Below, in pieces: positions 60,124 through 64,000 of a DNA stretch of 64,000 bases. The stretch is taken from NCBI GenBank assembly GCA_049699855.1, contig JBNAWM010000001.1:62885-126884 (forward strand). Reading direction: 5' to 3'. The translations under genes and the position numbers were made by a program. The DNA comes from Candidatus Cryosericum sp. GTDB lineage: Bacteria; Caldisericota; Caldisericia; Cryosericales; Cryosericaceae. Numbering within the stretch: position 1 is the first letter of the stretch; each line of letters opens with the position of its first letter. The notes below the pieces were generated by a model, which saw only the letters and a list, made by a program, of their open reading frames with translations, searched no databases and had not been told where the DNA came from.

Positions 60124-60663
60124 TTACATCCTTCCCGAACTTTCAAACATGGTATACCAGAACAGCCCTATAAGGGTCTTCGCATCAACAATGCGACCGT
60201 TGCGGCATTGTTCGATCGCATCAGCCACTGGTACAAGGATGGGCTGGAGAAACTCGTCAGCATCCATCTGGGTGGGTCCCGGGTGCAGGCCCGTCGCCAG
60301 GAACAGGGTCAAACGCTCATTGACAAAGCCCGGACTCGGCCAAAAATCCACACACTTCTTCCATGAGTCAGCAACATATCCGGTTTCCTCGCGCAGTTCG
60401 CGCTGCGCCGCATGGAGAAAGTGCTCGTGGAGGCCCCGCCTTCCGGCTGGAATCTCAAGAAGAATGGCCTCAGGAGCAGGCCTATACTGGCGAACCAGCA
60501 CAACCTGTCCATCGATGAGCGCAACCACGCACACTGCTCCTCCCGGATAGGAGACGACGTCTCTATGAACGAAGCGGTCGTCCGGCAATTGGACGACCTT
60601 GTCAAGGACCTCTATAAACTGCCCTGCATAGACCGCACGACGCGACAGGACAATCTCCGACAT
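60124..60663 (-). CDS. NUDIX hydrolase, ADP-ribose pyrophosphatase-like
   Basis: LVRQYRP, EIPAG..AAQRELREETGY Nudix box, SPGFVNE, DEFL, DAKT. Confidence 0.93.
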   Translation of the reverse strand: MSEIVLSRRAVYAGQFIEVLDKVVQLPDDRFVHRDVVSYPGGAVCVVALIDGQVVLVRQYRPAPEAILLEIPAGRRGLHEHFLHAAQRELREETGYVADSWKKCVDFWPSPGFVNERLTLFLATGLHPGPTQMDADEFLQPILVPVADAIEQCRNGRIVDAKTLIGLFWYTMFESSGRM

Positions 60664-60677
60664 ACGTCGACGCGCAC

Positions 60678-61298
60678 TCAATGGGACCGGATCATCTCCT
60701 TGATCTTCAACAATCTCGTTGTGGTCGCCCGCTCATTTTCATCCAGTTTCGATCTGATGAATCGGATCGTCTCTTCAAGATTGGGGATCATGACATATTC
60801 CAAGGCATTGACTCTGCGCCTGGTCCGCTCTATCTCGTCGGCCATGAGGCGAATACTCGTTTCAATCTCTGCCAGCTTCATGATCGACGGCAGAACATCG
60901 TAAAGCTTAAGGAGCGATGCCTCGACGCCAGCACCTTCCAATCCAGAAAACGATGGAGACTCGAAATCGGATATCTTGAACCTCAGCACAGGCAAAGCCA
61001 CGTTCATGACATTCTTCGTGCCAGCGTCGATGTCGAGCTTGGTCGATACAGTCCTCGAAAGCAAGTCTACAACTACGGCAGGATAGGTGGCCGTTTGACC
61101 CCTGAACGCTGCAAGCGCCTGCGGCAAGTCGTGGTCGACCCGTACGCGATAGTCACTGTACTCACCGGCAAGCTTGATGAACGTTTTCATCAAACCTTCC
61201 AGCTTGTCCTTGAGCAGCTTGTGTCCACGCTGTGCAAGCACGTACCGCTTCTGCAGCCGCAGAAGCTCCATCCTTGTCGGGTTGATCTTCAAGATCAT
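60678..61298 (-). CDS. ntpD: V/A-type ATP synthase subunit D
   Basis: NPTRMELL, RGHKLLKDK, TRRRVNALEY. Confidence 0.97.
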   Translation of the reverse strand: MILKINPTRMELLRLQKRYVLAQRGHKLLKDKLEGLMKTFIKLAGEYSDYRVRVDHDLPQALAAFRGQTATYPAVVVDLLSRTVSTKLDIDAGTKNVMNVALPVLRFKISDFESPSFSGLEGAGVEASLLKLYDVLPSIMKLAEIETSIRLMADEIERTRRRVNALEYVMIPNLEETIRFIRSKLDENERATTTRLLKIKEMIRSH

Positions 61299-61306
61299 GG
61301 TTCAGC

Positions 61307-62683
61307 CTATGCCGCAGGCTTCGGCATATACTTCTCAATCATAGCAGGCGAAACCCTCTTCAATTCCTGCACGGGAAGCATGGCGAGAAGCTCCCATCCC
61401 AGAGACAGTGTCTGTTCGATCGACCGGTCTTCGTCACGCCCCTGCTGGATGAACCGCCGTTCGAACTCATCTGAGAATTTGACAAATGTGCGGTCAGTTT
61501 CGGTCAACGCCGATTCGCCAAGAACGACAGCCAGTTCCTTTGCATCACGTCCGCGCGCATAAGCGGCAAACAGCTCATTGAGCAAGCCGGCATGGTCCTC
61601 GCGGGTCTTGCCCTTGCCGATACCCTTGTCTTTCAGTCGCGACAGTGATGGCAGGACGTCGATGGGAGGGTAGATACCCGCCTGATGCAAAGACCTGCTG
61701 AGGAAGATCTGGCCCTCCGTGATGTAACCAGTGAGGTCCGGAATCGGGTGAGTCTTGTCATCCTCTGGCATCGTCAGGATCGGAATCTGGGTGATGGATC
61801 CCTTCTTGTCCTTGATGCGTCCGGCTCGCTCATAGATTGTAGCAAGATCCGTGTAGAGATACCCAGGGTACCCGCGTCTTCCAGGGACTTCCTTCCTGGC
61901 AGCGGACACCTCGCGCAAGGCTTCGCAGTAATTGGTCATATCCGACAGGATCACCAGCACATGCATTCCGAGTTCAAATGCCAGATACTCGGCGGCCGAG
62001 AGGGCAAAACGTGGAGTTGCGATGCGCTCAATGACGGGGTCGTTCGCAAGATTCATGAACAGCACAGCCTGATTGATGGCACCGCTCTTTCGGAAATCCG
62101 AGATGAAGTAGTCAGCTTCCTCGAACGTGATACCCATGGCGCCGAACACGACGGCAAACTCGTCGGTTCCAGAGAGAACTCGAGCCTGCCGGGCGATCTG
62201 TGCTGCTATCTCCTCATGTGGCAGGCCGCTTCCCGAGAAAATTGGCAGCTTCTGCCCCCGCACGAGAGTGTTTAACCCATCTATGGCAGAAATACCTGTC
62301 TGGATGAATTCATCGGGATAGTCTCGTGCATAGGGATTCATAGGATCGCCGTTGATGTCCAGCACCTTGTCTGGAAGAATTGGAGCGATGCCGTCAATCG
62401 GTGCACCAAGTCCGTTGAAGACGCGGCCAATGATATCGCGCGATACGCCAAACTGCAGACCATGCCCCAGAAATCTCGTTACTGTCTGCCCACGGTCCAT
62501 TCCCGAAGAGCCCTCGAATACCTGAACAAGAACCGTATCGCCGGATACTTCCAGTACCTGACCATGTCTCAGTCCCGAAACAGTCCGGAGTTCAACAAGC
62601 TCGCCATACTTGACATTCTGAGCTCCATCCAGCAGAACAAGAGGGCCCACGATTTCGCGGACTGTTCTGTAATCCTTATTCAT
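61307..62683 (-). CDS. ntpB: V/A-type ATP synthase subunit B
   Basis: [36 protein letters not shown]; start at MNKDYR. Confidence 0.98.
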   Translation of the reverse strand: MNKDYRTVREIVGPLVLLDGAQNVKYGELVELRTVSGLRHGQVLEVSGDTVLVQVFEGSSGMDRGQTVTRFLGHGLQFGVSRDIIGRVFNGLGAPIDGIAPILPDKVLDINGDPMNPYARDYPDEFIQTGISAIDGLNTLVRGQKLPIFSGSGLPHEEIAAQIARQARVLSGTDEFAVVFGAMGITFEEADYFISDFRKSGAINQAVLFMNLANDPVIERIATPRFALSAAEYLAFELGMHVLVILSDMTNYCEALREVSAARKEVPGRRGYPGYLYTDLATIYERAGRIKDKKGSITQIPILTMPEDDKTHPIPDLTGYITEGQIFLSRSLHQAGIYPPIDVLPSLSRLKDKGIGKGKTREDHAGLLNELFAAYARGRDAKELAVVLGESALTETDRTFVKFSDEFERRFIQQGRDEDRSIEQTLSLGWELLAMLPVQELKRVSPAMIEKYMPKPAA

Positions 62684-64000
62684 GGTATTCCTCCTGTGCG
62701 GCTGTATCCGCTTTCGCCAGAGCCTCGAATTCCTTTTCAATCGACGTTCCAAGCGCGTCGAACGCTGCAAGGTTTGTTTCAGGAATGGCTTTTGAGCGTG
62801 CTATGTCTACCCGTACAGGCATAGAAAGGATAGCATCGAGGGGGACACCGCCCGTTGCCACTTTTCGTGCCAGGTGGCTCCATAGCAAGATGGTATCAAG
62901 CATCCGCAGCTGCTTCCCGAGCGACGTATAGCTGTCGCCCTCGGTAAATGCGCCCTGCTGCAGGAAGTCTTCCCGTATCGACTTCGCGGATTCGAGAACC
63001 AGGCGATCCGATACAGAGAGAGCATCCACGCCGACAAGGCGCACCAGCTCTTGCAACTCTGCCTCTTTCTGAAGAAGTGCCCGAACCTCGAGAATGTCCT
63101 TGCTCCACCCCTCCCCAAGTTCCTTGTCATAGAACTTCTCCAGAAGATTGCTGTACAGGGAGTACGACTGGAGCCAGTCAATAGCGGGGAAATGGCGCGC
63201 GTAGGCAAGACGGGAATCGAGCGCCCAGAACACTTTCACTGCTCTGAGGGTGGCTTGCACAACCGGCTCAGACAAGTCGCCGCCGGGAGGCGACACCGCT
63301 CCGATGACGCTGAGGCTGCCCTCCCGAGGCTGGCTTCCCAGGCTCATGGATCTGCCTGCGCGTTCATAGAAAGCTGCCACTCTGGATGCCAGGTATGCGG
63401 GGTAACCTTCTTCTCCGGGCATCTCCTCGAGTCGCCCCGAGATCTCACGCATGGCTTCTGCCCATCGAGATGTCGAGTCGGCCATCAGCGCTACGCTGTA
63501 TCCCATGTCGCGAAAGTACTCCGCAATCGTGATGCCAGTGAACACAGATGCCTCGCGTGCAGCAACTGGCATATTGGACGTATTGGCAATGAGAACGGTC
63601 CGATTCATGAGGACCTCTCCCGTCTTCGGATCCTTGAGTTGAGGGAACTCCTGAAGAACATCCGTCATTTCATTTCCGCGCTCGCCACACCCGACGTAGA
63701 CCACGATGTCCGCGTTCGACCACTTCGCAAGCTGGTGCTGAATGACTGTCTTGCCACTGCCAAAAGGACCGGGAACACATGCGGTTCCACCCATTGCAAC
63801 AGGAAAAAGGGCGTCAATGACACGCTGTCCCGTTACGAGGGGAGCATCTGGCGCAAGGCGCTTAGTATAAGGCCTCCCATTGCGGACGGGCCAACGCTGA
63901 ACCATGGTCATGGGCCGCTCTTCACCCGATTCCATCCGCAGAACTGCAACCGGCTCGTCCACGGTGAAGTCATTTTCGGCGATAGAGACCACCGTTCCGC
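62676..64000 (-). CDS. ntpA: V/A-type ATP synthase subunit A, 3' part (start lies outside the window)
   Basis: [39 protein letters not shown]. Confidence 0.98.
   Translation of the reverse strand, partial: GTVVSIAENDFTVDEPVAVLRMESGEERPMTMVQRWPVRNGRPYTKRLAPDAPLVTGQRVIDALFPVAMGGTACVPGPFGSGKTVIQHQLAKWSNADIVVYVGCGERGNEMTDVLQEFPQLKDPKTGEVLMNRTVLIANTSNMPVAAREASVFTGITIAEYFRDMGYSVALMADSTSRWAEAMREISGRLEEMPGEEGYPAYLASRVAAFYERAGRSMSLGSQPREGSLSVIGAVSPPGGDLSEPVVQATLRAVKVFWALDSRLAYARHFPAIDWLQSYSLYSNLLEKFYDKELGEGWSKDILEVRALLQKEAELQELVRLVGVDALSVSDRLVLESAKSIREDFLQQGAFTEGDSYTSLGKQLRMLDTILLWSHLARKVATGGVPLDAILSMPVRVDIARSKAIPETNLAAFDALGTSIEKEFEALAKADTAAQEEYHE

Overview
Housekeeping chromosomal window from a bacterium of about 55% GC. 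The gene order is Clostridia-like and there is a V-type ATPase; a Caldisericota/Cryosericales-type organism is a tentative guess that I cannot verify. Left to right: dnaJ(partial)-dnaK-grpE behind a CIRCE variant; deoC-recO-glyQS-ppdK-dgt-dnaG-rpoD-tRNA-Asn; a small accessory patch (EncFtn-like ferritin, GlsB/YeaQ protein, ispE); then about 47 kb on the minus strand: ntpA(partial)-ntpB-ntpD-NUDIX-acyltransferase-GT2, rpoB-[EF-G2]-rpoC, the str, S10, spc and alpha operons, ECF ATPases, truA, rplM-rpsI, cysS-rlmB-sigH, five tRNAs, tuf, rpmG, tRNA-Trp, secE-nusG-rplKAJL. I saw no CRISPR array, rRNA or intact mobile element. The main oddities: (1) an EF-G paralog lacking the catalytic His sits between rpoB and rpoC; (2) all nine clear sigma70-type promoters I found have a 16-bp rather than 17-bp spacer; (3) the cysS..rplL and rpoB..rpsI blocks are swapped relative to the Firmicutes order; (4) beta and beta' carry large repeat insertions; (5) a NUDIX/PatA-LpxL-like acyltransferase/GT2 module is appended to the V-ATPase operon; (6) rpmD (L30) is missing from the spc operon. 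All comparisons to other organisms are from memory; no searches were run.
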